Shown one piece after another: positions 12,183 to 25,336 of a stretch of 64,000 bases of DNA. The notes below the pieces were generated by a model. That model worked only from the letters and a program-made list of their open reading frames with translations, made no database searches and was not told where the DNA came from. The DNA comes from Sphyrna mokarran (Eukaryota): assembly GCA_024679065.1 (NCBI GenBank), contig JAGIQG010000006.1, forward strand, positions 58,156,001-58,220,000. Reading direction: 5' to 3'. Position 1 is the first letter of the stretch. Each line of letters begins with the position of its first letter. The translations under genes were made by a program, and so were the position numbers.

Positions 12183-14999
12183 AATAAACTTATCAAACTT
12201 GAAAGGATAAATTTGGGATGGATTGAATCCATATTCATTTTAAATTGACAAAGGGATAGCAGAAGTATTGCATTTAATTCTTGGAAAAAGGTGCAGTTCC
12301 AGAAAAATGGTGGGTAGCTAATATAATTCCTAAATTTAAGAAGGAGTATAGTATCTACCTAGAAAGTTATAAACTAGAGAAAATCTTGCTTGACCAACCT
12401 TACTGAATTTTTTGAAGTAAAAGAGAGATCCATCAATGGTATTGAAATTTATCTGGACCTTCAGTAGGTTTTTGAGAAGAAGTTCCAATGTGGACTAATG
12501 AATGAGGTCAGAAAATATGAGTCCGCTGATAGAACGTATTCCTAGCTGACTCCAAGGCCGTATGCAGAGCTCAGAAATAGAGGGTAATTTTTCAGAGTAG
12601 CAGAAGGTGGGAAGAGAAGTTCCACTGCTCTTCATAATTTATATTAATAATTTGGACATTGGAATCAAAAACATAATGTGTTATCAACCACAAATTTAGA
12701 AATTATCTGGGGTGGGGGAATTACCATACTGAAGAGGATTGCAACACATTACAGGAAGACATTAATAAACTTGCAGAATCATAGACTGGTTACAGCAAAG
12801 GAAGCCATTTGGCCTCTATTGTCTGTGCTGGCTGTCTGAAGAAGCAGTTTACCATATGCAGTTCCCTCCCTTCTAGGGCTCTCAGCATTCTTCTTTTTCA
12901 GATGGTGATCCAATCCCCTCTGGAATACCTCAATTGAACCAGCCTCTCTCTCGTACTCAGGTAGTGCATTTCCAGATGAACCACTTGTGTGAAAATGTTT
13001 TCCCTTGTGTCATCATTGCTTCTTTTGCTAATTGTAATTCTATATTCTTTTCCAGTCTTATGAGCCTTATTGACTAGGCAATCATAATTACTTATCCCCA
13101 ATTGCCCTTCAGGTGGTGATGAGCTACCACCTTGACCTGTTACAATCCATCTGCTGTAGGTATACTCAGAATGCTGTTTGGGATGGAGTTTCAGCTACAA
13201 TGGAGAAACAGCATTATACTTCCAACTCAAAATGATTTTAAGGGGAACTTGTACGTTGTTCACATGCATCTGCTGCTCTTGTCCCTCTAGGTGGTAGAGG
13301 TTACGGGTTTGGAAGTTGCTATTGAAAAAGCCTTGGTGATTTGCTACATACTTTTGTAGATAGTCTACACTGCAGCCATGCTGTGCTGGTGGTTGAGGGA
13401 TTAGGTGTGGGAGGTGGTGGATGGAACTCCAATCAAGTGGGCAGTTTGTTCTGAATGGTATCAAGCTTATTGACTATTGGAGCTGCACTCCTCTAGGCAA
13501 GTGAAGAGTATTCCTCACATTCTTGATTTGTGCTTTATATATGATGGACAGACTTTGGAGAGTCAGGAGTTGAATTCTGTGCACAATTCCCAGTGCTGAC
13601 TTTACTCGTGTAGCCACAGAATTATGTGGCTAATCCAGTTCAGTTTCTGATCAATAGTAGTCCCCAGATATTGATGGTGGGAAATTCAGCGATGGTCACG
13701 CCTTTGAATGTCAAAGAACAAAGAAAAGTACAGCACAGCAACAGGCCCTTGGGCCCTCCAAGGCTGTGCCATTCATGATGCCTCAACTAAACTGAAACAC
13801 AAATCTTCTGCCCTTACTCGGTCTGTATCCTTCTATTCCCTTCCCATTCATGTACCCATCCAAATGCCTCTTAAATTTTGCTGACGTGCCTGCTTCCACC
13901 AGCTCCTCTGACATCACGTTCCAGGCACCCAAAAACTTACCAAGCACATCTTAGGGCTGTTCCCTCTGGACTGTCTACCACTATATGCTCATCACCTCTG
14001 GTGGGTCTGTTCTGCCCTGTCAATGGGATGGGACATATCCAGAGATGGTGATTGTGGTATCCGGGCTTTGCTAGGCATGATTCTAAGAGTACATGCCTAT
14101 GGAACTGCTCTCCCGATTTTTGCATAAGTTCCCAGTTGTTCATGTGGAGGATGTTGCAAGGCTATTGTCATTTCTGGTGTCTACAATGATACTGGTCTGT
14201 CTGGGTCTCATTCCTTTTAGATTTGTGGTGTCTTGCTGGGTTGTTTCAGAGGGCATTTAAGAGCCAACCACATTACTGCAGGTCTGAAATCATGTGTAGA
14301 CCAGACCAGGTACGGGCAACAAATTTTCTTCCCTAAAGAACATTAGTGAACCAAATTTTTTTTTAAGACAATCAACAATGATTTCATGGTTACTGTTATC
14401 CAAGAACAACTTTTTAATTCTAGATTTATTAACTGAATTTAATCTGCCAAGGTTTCAAACATGTGCCTGGGCTTCTGGATAACTAGTCCAGTGACTTAGC
14501 CCTGCCAGTGCCTCTCCCAATTACCTTGAATATGTGCCCTCTTCTTGATCCTGCCACCAAAAGAATAACCAAATAATTGGCAAATACAATTCTAATAAAG
14601 ATGAGGTATTACATTTTGGTGGAAGATTCGGAGGTAATTTATTGCTAGGAAAGTATGAGTCTAAATGGGGTAAATGAACAATGGGGTGCCTGATAACAAA
14701 TACACCAATTGCAATAAGTTGCAGCACAGACTATTAGTCCATAAAAAGCAAACCAAGCACTAGATTTGATTTCTAGAAGGATAGAATTAAGAAATAGGAA
14801 ACTTTATGTGAAATCTGTATGACATCTTGCTTCAGCTTTTTCCTGTACTATAAAAAATGGTATTAGGGACATTTGAGAGAGTGCAGAGAAGATTTACAAG
14901 AATTATACCAGAAATGCAAGCGCATACTTATCAGCAATGGATTGATGGCTTTGCATCTCTTTCCTCTTGGAAAAAAGGAGGATGAGGGGTGACTTAGAG

Positions 15000-16290
15000 A
15001 TTCAGAGGTTAACAGCATGGAAACAAGTCCTTTGGCCCAACTTGTCCATGACACCCTTTTTTTTAAAACCCCTAAGCTAATCCCAATTTCCCACTTTAGC
15101 CCATATCCCTCTACACCAGTCATACCCATGTAACTATCTAAATGTTTTTAAAAGACAAAATTGTAACTGCCTCTAAAACTATCTCTGGCACCCACCACCT
15201 TCTGCGAGAAAAAAATCACCCTCTGGACACTTCTGTATCTTTCCCCTCTCACCTTAAACCTATGCACTCTAGTTTTAGACCCCTCTACCTTTGGGAAAAG
15301 ATATTGACTATCTACCTTGTCTATTATTATTTTATAGACCTCTATAATGTCACTCATCAGCCTTCTACGTGCCAGAGAAAAAGAGTCCTAGTCTATTTAG
15401 TCTCTTCTTATAACTCAATCCATCAAGTCTCAGCAGCATCTGAGTAAACCTTTTCTGCATTCTTTCTGGTTTAATAATAGTCTTTCTATGAACTGCACAC
15501 AATACTCCAAGTGTGGTCTTACCAATGTCTTGTTTCACCAGGCAGATACTGAAAATGAGAGTATTAGCCGATGAAGAGAGATTGAATAGACTGGGTCTGT
15601 ATTTGTTAGAGTTTAGAAGTCTAAGGGGGAGGATCTTATAGAGACTTACAAGATAACGAAGGGACTACAGGTAGAGAGATTCTTTCCGCTTAGAAAGGAT
15701 AGCAGAATTAGAGGGCACAGCCTCAAAATAGTGCAGGGGTGGAGGGGGTGCAGTTTAGATCAGAGTTGAGGAAGAACTTCTTCAAAGGGTGGTGAGTCTC
15801 TGGAATTCTCTGCTCATTGAAATGGTGGAGGCTACCTCGCTGAATATATTTAAGTCACAGGTAGATAGTTTCCGATAGACAAGGGAATTAAGGGTTATGG
15901 GGAGAAAGCAGGAAAGTGGAATTGATCCACTTCAGATCAGCCATGATCTTGTTGAATGGCAGGGCAGGCTTGAAGGGCTAGATGGCCTGCTCCTACTCCT
16001 ATTTCTTACGTTCTTGTACAAGATGTCCTATACAAGATGTTCCAACTGCTGTATTAAATGTTCTGACCGACGAAGCCAAGCATGCCGAATGCCGCCTTCA
16101 CCACTTTGTCCACCTGTGACTCCACTTTGGAGGAGCTCTGAACACATACCCCTAGATCTCTTTGTTCTTTAACTCTCCCCAGTGGCCCTACCATTAACTG
16201 AGTAAGTCCTTCTCTGGTTCAATTTACCAAAATGATTACCTCATATTTATCTAAATTAAACTCCATCTGCCGTTCGTCAGCCTACTGCCC
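15000..16290 (-). mobile_element. CR1 LINE 3' fragment, interrupted by an opposite-strand CR1 fragment (about 15540-16015)
   Basis: DIIEVYKII...DSQYLFPKV...TRVHRFK. Same subfamily as 59040-59920. Confidence 0.85.
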
Positions 16291-16984
16291 CACTGACTTA
16301 ATGAAGGTTTTTAAATTACAAAAGTTTTGATAGAATGAATACAGCGGAGATTTTTCCTCTTGTGTGGAAGGCATAACTAAAGACGGCCTTCAGACTTTCC
16401 GCGACCTGTAGGCACCATGGGAGCTGGAATAATGTTTTAATTTAATTATTTAAGTTTCCTTTTTAATTTTATTTTTGTTACAGTGGCCCACCAGGAGCTA
16501 TCACTCTGTCATTTTTGTTTAATTTAGTTTATTAAAAGAGGGTAGCGTAGTCATGAAAAATCTAAAAGGGAAGTTGGAAGAAACTACCCTCTGATTAGAA
16601 TGAGGACCTCTTCATACCATAGAGTGGGTTGAATTGAATGGCTTATATCAGGCTTATCCAATGTTTTCATGTGAGGGGCATATTTCTATTTTTCTCACTC
16701 AAAAGGGTAATAGACAAATTTCAGAAAGATAAGGTATGGCACAGCATTAAACATGAATTTTGAAAACTTTGAGCTATGAAAGAAAGAAACGATGTCAGCA
16801 ATAAATTTATCATAAAAAGTCTGGGGATCAGTATGTTCTCTATAGTTTCTATTATTGTAATCTATAGTTTCTATTCCACGTTACATTAATATTTTGGTGA
16901 TCCATCAGTCTTGGCTAGAAACCTATTGATATGTTTTGAGGGCTGTGCATGGCTCTTGTTTTTAAACAAGGATTTTTTCAAAAT

Positions 16985-18250
16985 GCAAGATGGGCAATTC
17001 TGGTAACCATTAAGACAAAGCTCTCACATCTGTTGTGGGAAAAGTGTTTGAATCAGCCACTAAGGGAGTTACAGCTGGGCACACAAGTGGGAACAGTCAG
17101 TATGGTTTTATGAATGGAAAATCAAGTTTAAGCAATGTTAGAGTTCTTTGAAGGTGCAACATGTACTGTGATAAAGAAGAGCCTGTAAATGTACTGTACT
17201 CTGATTTCCAGAAGGCATTTGATAAGATGCCACATCAAAGATTATTGCAGAAGGTAACTCATGATGTAGGGGTAACGTTTTAGCATGGATATAGAAAATT
17301 AGTTGGCATAAAATGAGTCTTTTTCTGATTGGCAGGACGTAATGAATGGAGTCCTGCAGGTGCCTGTGCTGGGGCCTTGACTTTTTACAATTCCTATTAA
17401 TGACTTTGAAGGGAGTGAAGCCAAACCTAAAGACAGGTAGGAAAATAGGTTGTAAAGAGGTCATAGCAGGTTGCAAATGGATCTAGATGGATTGAGTCAG
17501 TGTGCAAAAAATTGGCAGGTGGCGTACAATGTAGGAAAATATAAAGTTGTTCACTTTGGCAGGAAAAATTTTTAAAAAAGTATTATTTAAATAGAGCACA
17601 ACTACAGATTCCAAGATGCAGAGGGATCTATGTTTTCTAGTCAAAAAAGGTACAAAGAGTACTTAAACCTAATGGAATACCATCCTTTATTATGAGAGGA
17701 ATTGAGCATAAAAGTAAGGATATCGTGGCTTAGTTTTACAGGGCACTGGAGATTCTACAAAGGATGTAAATGTGTCCGAGGCAGTTCAGAGGAGGTTTAC
17801 TTGACTGACTTGAAATTAGCAGTTTGCCTTATGAGGAAAGCTTGGACGAACTGGACTCGAGTCCACTGGAGTTTAGAAGAATGAGGAGTGATTTGATTGA
17901 AGTGTATAAAGTCATGAACAATCTTGACAAGGTGGATGAGAAAAGGCGATTTCCTCTTGTGGATGACTCCAGAGTTAGGGGTTCTAGAATTAGGGATTGT
18001 CCTTTTAGGCCAAGATGAGAAGTAGTTTTTTTCTCCCAGGGGTTGCGCAGTTTTGGAACTTTCTGAATCAGAAGGCAGAGTTGAATGTTTTTTAAGGCAG
18101 AGGTAGATAGATTCTTGTAAGGCAAGGGTGTCAAGATCAGAACTTATTAGAGGTAAAGGGGAATGTGGAATTTAAAACATAAACGTATCAACAGGGATCT
18201 TATTGAATGGCTTGATGGGCCAAATCTGATCCTAATTCGTATTTTTGTAT
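16985..18250 (+). mobile_element. Old CR1 LINE RT fragment with tail
   Basis: LEFRRMRSDLIEVYKVMNNLDKVD and DFQKAFDK-like sequence. Confidence 0.85.
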
Positions 18251-18309
18251 AATCTGCCCAGCAGCAAGAGAGATTAAAAAGTTCCCATGGAATGGTATTT
18301 GTGAGAGAA

Positions 18310-19750
18310 TCAGAAGTCAATTACTTTAGTTTTCCTAATATTGAACTGCTGGAGGTTGCACTTCATCCATATTAGGGAGGCATCTGGAAAGGAGAGGCAC
18401 CTCAGAGGTGAGAGAAACTCTGTATGAACGGTGGCCTGATATCTGCAATTGCTGTCACTGAGAGGCAGCAGAGATGTAAAAAGAGTAGAAGACAGATCTT
18501 TGGGGACACTGCAGATGATTCTATAGAGAGGGAAAACAAGTTGCTGTTGGTGATGCACTTGTTGCATTTGGGTTAATTTCAAAATATAGCTTTTTTTGGA
18601 CATCAGAAGAACCATACTGAGCATTGCAAAGTTTGAGGAGAATTACTAGGAAAGAAACATCAGAATCAAGCCAATATCATTCAACATCAAAAACCTATAT
18701 TTATATTTACCTTTGCTGCAGAAAAACATCCCTAAGACTGTGCAGAGAAGTATAATGAAACAAATATTGACCAAGGACCAATGAGAAATTAGAAGGGATG
18801 ACTAAAAACTTGATCAAAGAAGTAACTTTTATTGAAGATATTAAAAAAGGAGAGAGGGGTTTAGGTATAGAACTCCAAGACTCTTAAACCTTAGACAGTT
18901 GATTGTACCACCATCAGAGGTGACAATAAAGTGGCGTACACATAGAAGGAATGTTGAAGGAATGTAGAGTTCTCGGAGGATTATTGGGGTTAGGAAGGGA
19001 AGAGTCATGAAGTGGTTTGAATACAAGAATGAGAATTTTAATTCAGGAAATTTGAGCGACTAGAGCTAGCGTATGTCAACGAGCAAAGCAGTGATTAGTT
19101 TTTGAAACGTGATGGGAATATATGTGTAGCACAGTTTTTGATGCACAGATATTTTTGGAGGACAGCAAATGGGAGACAAGCCACAGCTATACATTTGACT
19201 ACCCATGAGTTTTGGAGCAGGCAAGTCTGTCAGAGACAAAGCCATGGATGAGGATTTTGGCAGCAGATGGCTAAAGCAATGCAGAGATATGTAATGTTAT
19301 TCAAATGAAAGTTGGCAGACTTTGAAATGAAGAAGATGTGGAGACAAAAGTTAATTGTGGGGTTGGATAAAAGGCCAAAATCATTAATAGCAGCAAGCTG
19401 TCATAATGGAGGGAGTGAAAATCAATGGTGAGTGGTACAGAACTTGTGGCAGATACCAAGGACAATCCCAATATCTTCCGTATATTTAAAGAAAAAAAAA
19501 TTACATCTCGTCCAAAACTAGGTGCTAGACAATTTGAATTTATATAGAAAGCTTCGTGTGTTAAAACATGTCAGACTTCCAAGGGGTTATTATTGAAGCC
19601 TGACACCAAATAAAAATAAGTAAATATTCAGGTAGGTGACGAAAAGCTTGGTCAAAGAAATAGGTTTTAAAGAGTGCTTTTAAAAAATGGGAGAGCAATA
19701 GAAAAGCAGAGATGCTTTATGGCTGAGACAACCGATGGAGCCAAATTGTC
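18310..19750 (-). mobile_element. Ancient L2-clade LINE fragments
   Basis: Minus-strand SVPKDLSSTLF...WMKCNLQQFNIRKTKVI resembles L2 RT. Heavily decayed. Confidence 0.55.
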
Positions 19751-20313
19751 ATCATTATACTTATGGAATCAGACCTAAAGTAGAAGAAATTAGACAGTGG
19801 TGGCCTGCTGGCACAAAATGTGCCGGTTACAATTTGGATTTCTGCCCCCCTTTAAATTAGACTGCCAGGCTATGGATCCCAGCTGTGCATCCCTACACAA
19901 TTGACAAAGCAATCAAAAATTTGATGGGGCAGAGGAGTAGGCAGCAGAGAGGAAAGAGAGTGAAAGAGGCCCAGGAGTTGTCTAGTACTATGGTGGATCC
20001 CAGTTATTATTGTACAATGATTAACCTGAGACTCGGTTTACTTAACAACAATTAGAGTCTGTGGCTGTGATGGGTGCAGTTTCACCTTCAGCATAATAGT
20101 CTATGGAGTGTTCATTATGTAACATGAAGCAGCTGTCTTTACAACACAACCTAACATTTAAATTAACCCGAGAAATGCCACAAGAGAATCATCAGAGAAA
20201 ATAACAACAGAATTAGTGATGTTTTACTTAATCTGTTTACATGTTCGGTCAGTAGGTTTGCATGTTCTGTAAGTAAGTGGATTTTAATTGTGCAATTTCT
20301 CTTTGTTTGTAAG

Positions 20314-20422
20314 GTCTTTATTACTTGCTGAGATTGAGAAGGAAGAGAAGGAAAAAGATTGGTACTATGCACAACTTCAAAATCTCACCAAGAGAATTGA
20401 TAATCTCCCCCTCACAGAAAAT
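20314..20422 (+). CDS. apc: APC coding exon 4 (109 nt), SLLLAEIEKEEKEKDWYYAQLQNLTKRIDNLPLTEN
   Basis: Acceptor ttctctttgtttgtaag|, donor aat|gtaagt. Phase matches exon 3. Missed by the ORF track. Confidence 0.97.
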
Positions 20423-20529
20423 GTAAGTTGAATTTCTGCTGATAACTTTTTTCTTTCGATAGATACTTGAAATTTTGTTACTTTCGTCTATTATTAACTG
20501 AATAAACTCTAATCTTAATTGTTCATTTC

Positions 20530-23200
20530 ATTTTTTTTATTATTTCATGGAATGTGGTGTCACTAGCAAGGCCAACATTTTTTCCCAATCCTAATTACCC
20601 TTGCAAAGGTTGTGATAAACAGCCTTCTTTCATCTCTGCAGCCCATGTAGTGAAAGTACATTGCCAGTTAAGGTGACAATGCCAAGATTTAACCTGAGCA
20701 ATAATGAATGAACTAAAACATAATTCAAATCAAAATGGTGTATGAACTGGGGGGGGAGACTTGTAGTTGATGTTTGGGATGTGCTGAACCATGGTGTGCT
20801 GAAGGTGCTTGGCCTGAGTTTTTCAAATGTTCGATGGCATGCAAATCAGGCAGGCTGCTTTGTCTTCATTGGTGTTGGGCTCCTCTATGTTGTTGGAACT
20901 GCACCCATCCAGGCAATGGGGCATATTCCATCATACTGCTAACTTGCGCCTTGTAGATGGTGGACAGGTTTTGAGAAGTCAGAAAGTAAGTCACTCACTG
21001 CAGAATTCCCAATCTCTGAGCTGCTCTTGTAACCACAACACTTGTATGACAGGCCTAGGTAAGTTTCTGGCCATTGCTGACTTCCAGAATGTGGAAGGAG
21101 AGGATTTAACTTTTGCAATAGCATTAAATGTCACTTGAGTTAGTTAGACTCTCAGTGAAATTGGTCATTGCCTGGCATTTCTATGATATAAATGTCACCT
21201 GCCACTCAGCAGCAATGGATGTTCCATTCCAAGTTGTGAGTGGAGCTGAACATTGCAATCATTGATGTTCATTTCCACATCTGACCTTATGATTAAGTAA
21301 AGCTCATTGATAAAGCAATTGAAGATTTTGGATCTAAGATGGAACTCCTGAGGAAATGTCCTGGGGCTTGAGATAATTGGCCTCCAATCTCTGTGTTGTG
21401 TATGACCCCAGCTAGTGAAGTGTTTCCCCCTATTCTTTTTGACATCAGTTTTCCTACTCAATCAAACATCATTTTGATATCATGGACAACCCCATTCATA
21501 TAATCTCTAGAATTCAGCTGATTTGGACATGTTTGGATCAAGCCTTTAATGATATTGGGAGCCAGGCGGTCCTGACAGAATATTAACTGATTACCAGTGA
21601 ACAGACTGTTCATGACTCAATATTTCTTGATTGCTGTGTTGCTGACACTTTCAGGTCAGAAACTCCAAGGTGTTTTATAAAGTCCGCCCATATCATACGT
21701 TTTGCATTTTAAGTTAGACTAGGATAAGCACAATATGGTCTACCTTGGATATGATTCAACTGACCCACTTAGGGATCTTTTATCAAACAAAGTTTAATTA
21801 AGAATTTAGTCAACATGTAGGGAAAGAAAATTAACAATAAGTTTTATCAATTATGATCAAACAAAAACCACAATAATGTATAACAAATACATCTAAAATG
21901 TTCCAATCAAACAAAACTTCCCGTAGACAAAAAACCCTTTCCACAGACTTAACACAGCAAAGACTAATGCTCACGTGATACTGGAACTGAGTCTTTTGGA
22001 TGAATGCTGCAATTCTCTTGAGATATACACTGACAAGCTTGGAGTCAGAACAGTTTCCCAGAACACCAGGAGTTAGCCACCAGCAGATTCTCTACATCCA
22101 GGAAAGCAAGCAGAATTTCCAAAAGCAGGGCTGGAGAGAAATTGCTTTTCAGCTTGATGTCCCTTCTAAACAAACACAACAGCCAGCTAAACAAAAAATG
22201 AAATCTTAAATTCACTAGGGAAAAACATTGTCCAAAACATATGACCTTCCTAACAATATAGGGTCACAAAAGATCCCAGAGTAAAAATAAACAAACCCCC
22301 TTTGACAGACAACTCGGCAGCAAAGAAACCAAAATTGCTTATAACTATAGAGAACATGATTTTAAAAAAAGTTTTTAAAGGTACACTAATGTCGCACTTT
22401 CCATCACTTTGCCAATAATCATGAGTAGACTGACAATCTGCTAATTGGCCGGATTGAAATTGTCCTATTTTTTGAGGACAGAATATATCTGTGCTATTTT
22501 CCAGCTCTGCTAGAACAGCTTGGCTAACAAATACTCAACTAGTTCTGGATCAGAAGTATTGTTGTTGGCGCCCATACGCTTTCCTGCATGCAGTGCACTC
22601 ACTAATTTCTTGATATCACATTGAAGTTATCGCACTGCCTAAAAACTGGCATCTGTGATTATGGGGATCTCAGGAGGAGGGGGGAATGCATTATGCAATA
22701 GGTAATCTGACTGAAGATAGTTTCAAATATCATGGCTTTCATCATCACCAAATATCTGGATATACATGGAACTTTCTCCTCCCTTTCACTTAATTGTCCA
22801 CCACAATTCACAATTGACAGGAGTACTGAACTTTGATTAGTTGTTAGATTGCTTAGCTCTGCCTGTAGAATGCCGCTTTCGCTTTTTGGCATGCAGGTAG
22901 TCCTGTATTGGTAACTTCACCAATTTGGCATCACATTGTTTGGTGTGCCAGGTGTTGCTCCTGACATTCTATTCACTTCTCATTGAATCAGGGTTGATCC
23001 TCCGGTTTGATGGTAAAGATTGAGTGAGGGATATGTCAAGCCATGAAGTTACAGAATGTGGTTGAATAAATTTTCCTGTTGCTGAAGGCCCATAGTGCTC
23101 TGTGCTGCATCATTCCCAATTAGTGTGGTGGTAGTGCCACACAACATTATGGAAGATTGTCCTCGGTATGAAGACGGGAATCCTTCTGCTTAAGAGGATT
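20530..23200 (-). mobile_element. Old CR1-clade LINE interrupted by a ~740-bp insertion at 21653-22394
   Basis: Homologous to the 1-1110 and 13090-13710 copies. The host resumes at cactttccatcactttg. Confidence 0.65.
21653..22394. mobile_element. Probable solo LTR or other non-coding insertion
   Basis: A/C-rich non-coding block flanked by a cactttc direct repeat (21646-21652 and 22395-22401). Confidence 0.5.
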
Positions 23201-23602
23201 GACATGTCATTTGTCTGAACTACTTTTTTTCCCCAGCATTTTGACCAAGTTCTTCGCATGGTAGCAAAATGTTAATTTCTGGCACTTTTAGTTTAATGAA
23301 ATAACTCGAGCTGAAAATTACCAGATGGGAGAAAAAGTAATATTGATGTTCTGAAGAGACTGTTGAAAAGAAAATGTAAGCAAGCTTTAGCGAGATCTTC
23401 CTAAATGTGAGTCTGCGACCACTGAAGTCTTTTTTCTGAAGGTGACACGCAACGAGACATTGTTCGAGCAGGATGGAGGCAGAAAAGAAAAGGATGTGTG
23501 CAGTACCCAGCTGTAAAATCAAAGGTGGAATGGATGAAGATACATTCATTGTCTCCTGTGTTATGGAAACTATAATTCTACTGATTTGGGTATTTTGAAC
23601 AG

Positions 23603-23716
23603 TTTTCTCTGCAGACAGACATGACTAGAAGACAGTTAGAGTTTGAAGCTCGGCAAATTCGATCTGCGATGGAAGAACAACTGGGAACGTGCCAGGATAT
23701 GGAGAAGCGAGCTCAG
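23603..23716 (+). CDS. apc: APC coding exon 5 (114 nt), FSLQTDMTRRQLEFEARQIRSAMEEQLGTCQDMEKRAQ
   Basis: Acceptor ttttgaacag|, donor cag|gtagta. Near-identical to vertebrate APC. Confidence 0.97.
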
Positions 23717-24093
23717 GTAGTATCAATATTGTGCAATTTTAAAGAATATTTGATGTCTTCAACAAGAATAATTAAATATAAAATAACTTGAAAAAATGAC
23801 TGCTGAAAAATAACAGACCTATGAATGCTGTGTTTTAAAGAATTAAGTAGTTTGTTGATTCCTGTCTCATTTGGCTACTGAACTTCTTTTTAAATTAAAG
23901 TTTCAAGCTAAATTGTTTTTGAAAGTGTAAGGGAGTTGGTATTTTTGTGTAAGTTTTACAATATATTTTATGATAAAATAACCGTGGATTCAAATTCTTT
24001 TGCAACTTTTTTTTGTAAAAAGGAATATTTGCACACAACATAAAATGTACAAAGTATGAATATTGTATTGGTGTAGCTTTAACTGGATAGGCG

Positions 24094-24781
24094 AGAAACA
24101 TAGAAAAACTACAGCATAATACAGGTCTTTCGGCCCACGAAGTTGTGCTGAACATATCCCTATCTTGAAAGCTTATCTGTAACCTTCTATCTTACTAAGT
24201 TCCATGTACTTATCTAAATCTACCTCCATCACTGTTGCCAGCAGTCCATTCCACATGTCCACCACTCTGAGTGAAAAAGTTCTCTTGTGGCAGCCCTGGG
24301 AAAAAGCTTCTGACTACCACTTGATCAATACCTCTCAATATCTTATACGTCTCTATCAGGTCACCCCTTATCCTTCGTCTCTCCAAAAAGAAAAGACCAA
24401 AGTCCCTCAACTTATCTTCATAAGGCATGCCCCCCAATCCAGGCAACGTTCTTGTAAATCTCCTTTGCACCCTTTCTATGGCTTTCACATCCTTCCTGTA
24501 ATGAAGCGACCAGAACTGAGCACAGTACTCCAAGTGGAGTTTGACTAGAGTCCTATATAGCTGCACCATTACCTCCTGACACCTAAATTCAATTCCTCGA
24601 TTGATGAATGCCGGTACACCATACCATTCTTAACCACAGCTTCAACCTACATAGCTGCTTTGAGCGTCCTATGAATCCAGACCCCAAGATCCTTCTGATC
24701 TTCCACACTGCCAAGAGTCTTACCAGTATTATGATATTCTGCCATTCTATTTAATCTGCCAAAATGAACCACTTTACACTT
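24094..24781 (-). mobile_element. CR1 LINE 3' fragment in APC intron 5
   Basis: ORF 24210..24569: LYRTLVKLHLEYCAQFWS...ERVQRRFTR...LERRRIRGDLIETYK. Confidence 0.92.
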
Positions 24782-24827
24782 AAGAAAAGAAAGTTTCTTT
24801 TTCTAACTTAAATTCATCCTAATGCAG

Positions 24828-24911
24828 ATGAGAGTAGTACGAATTCAGCAAATAGAGAAGGATATGCTTCGTTTGCGACAGCACTTACAGTCCCAAGCAA
24901 CAGAAACTGAG
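24828..24911 (+). CDS. apc: APC coding exon 6 (84 nt), MRVVRIQQIEKDMLRLRQHLQSQATETE
   Basis: Branch-like ttctaac at 24801, acceptor aatgcag|, donor gag|gtcagt. Same size as the human exon. Confidence 0.95.
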
Positions 24912-25211
24912 GTCAGTATGTCGTTTATAATTTATTATTTAGTGTTGAAATTATGAATTTATTCTGATTGCATTGCTCACTTCTGAAAATTAGAACTTGG
25001 AGCAAGGCAGCTTTTTTTCCATGAATAATCGGATAAAGTTCCATGTCGGAACCATAATTTGTATAGTTATTCATTGTCAGCTGGAGCATTATCAATAAAC
25101 TAGAAGGCCTGAAGATCATTGCATTTTTGAAACATGTATTTTGCATCAAACTGCCCATTTAATGCAGCAACTATATTTTGTTTTAAAACTAACACGTTTG
25201 AGGGAAATAAA

Positions 25212-25336
25212 GGCTGGAATTCTTCAATCTCATATATCCCGCTATTGTTGCCAGCAAGAGTGGAGAATTTAACATTCCATTCACTGCAGCGGGATTGAAA
25301 AATCCTTGCTGTAAGTGAGGTCAGAGAATTCCAGCC
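25212..25336. mobile_element. 125-bp MITE-like element with perfect 12-bp terminal inverted repeats
   Basis: ggctggaattct (25212-25223) and agaattccagcc (25325-25336), plus internal atcccgct/agcgggat arms. Confidence 0.7.

Noticed and set aside
16839-16875. 15-bp direct repeat tctatagtttctatt (similar 14-bp repeat at 62300-62335)
   Set aside because: Only two units each, best explained by slippage or micro-duplication, with no sign of an array.
23473-23602. ATG-initiated upstream extension of exon 5
   Set aside because: The ATG frame is out of phase with exon 5 and stops before it, and the in-frame reading has TGA at 23582.
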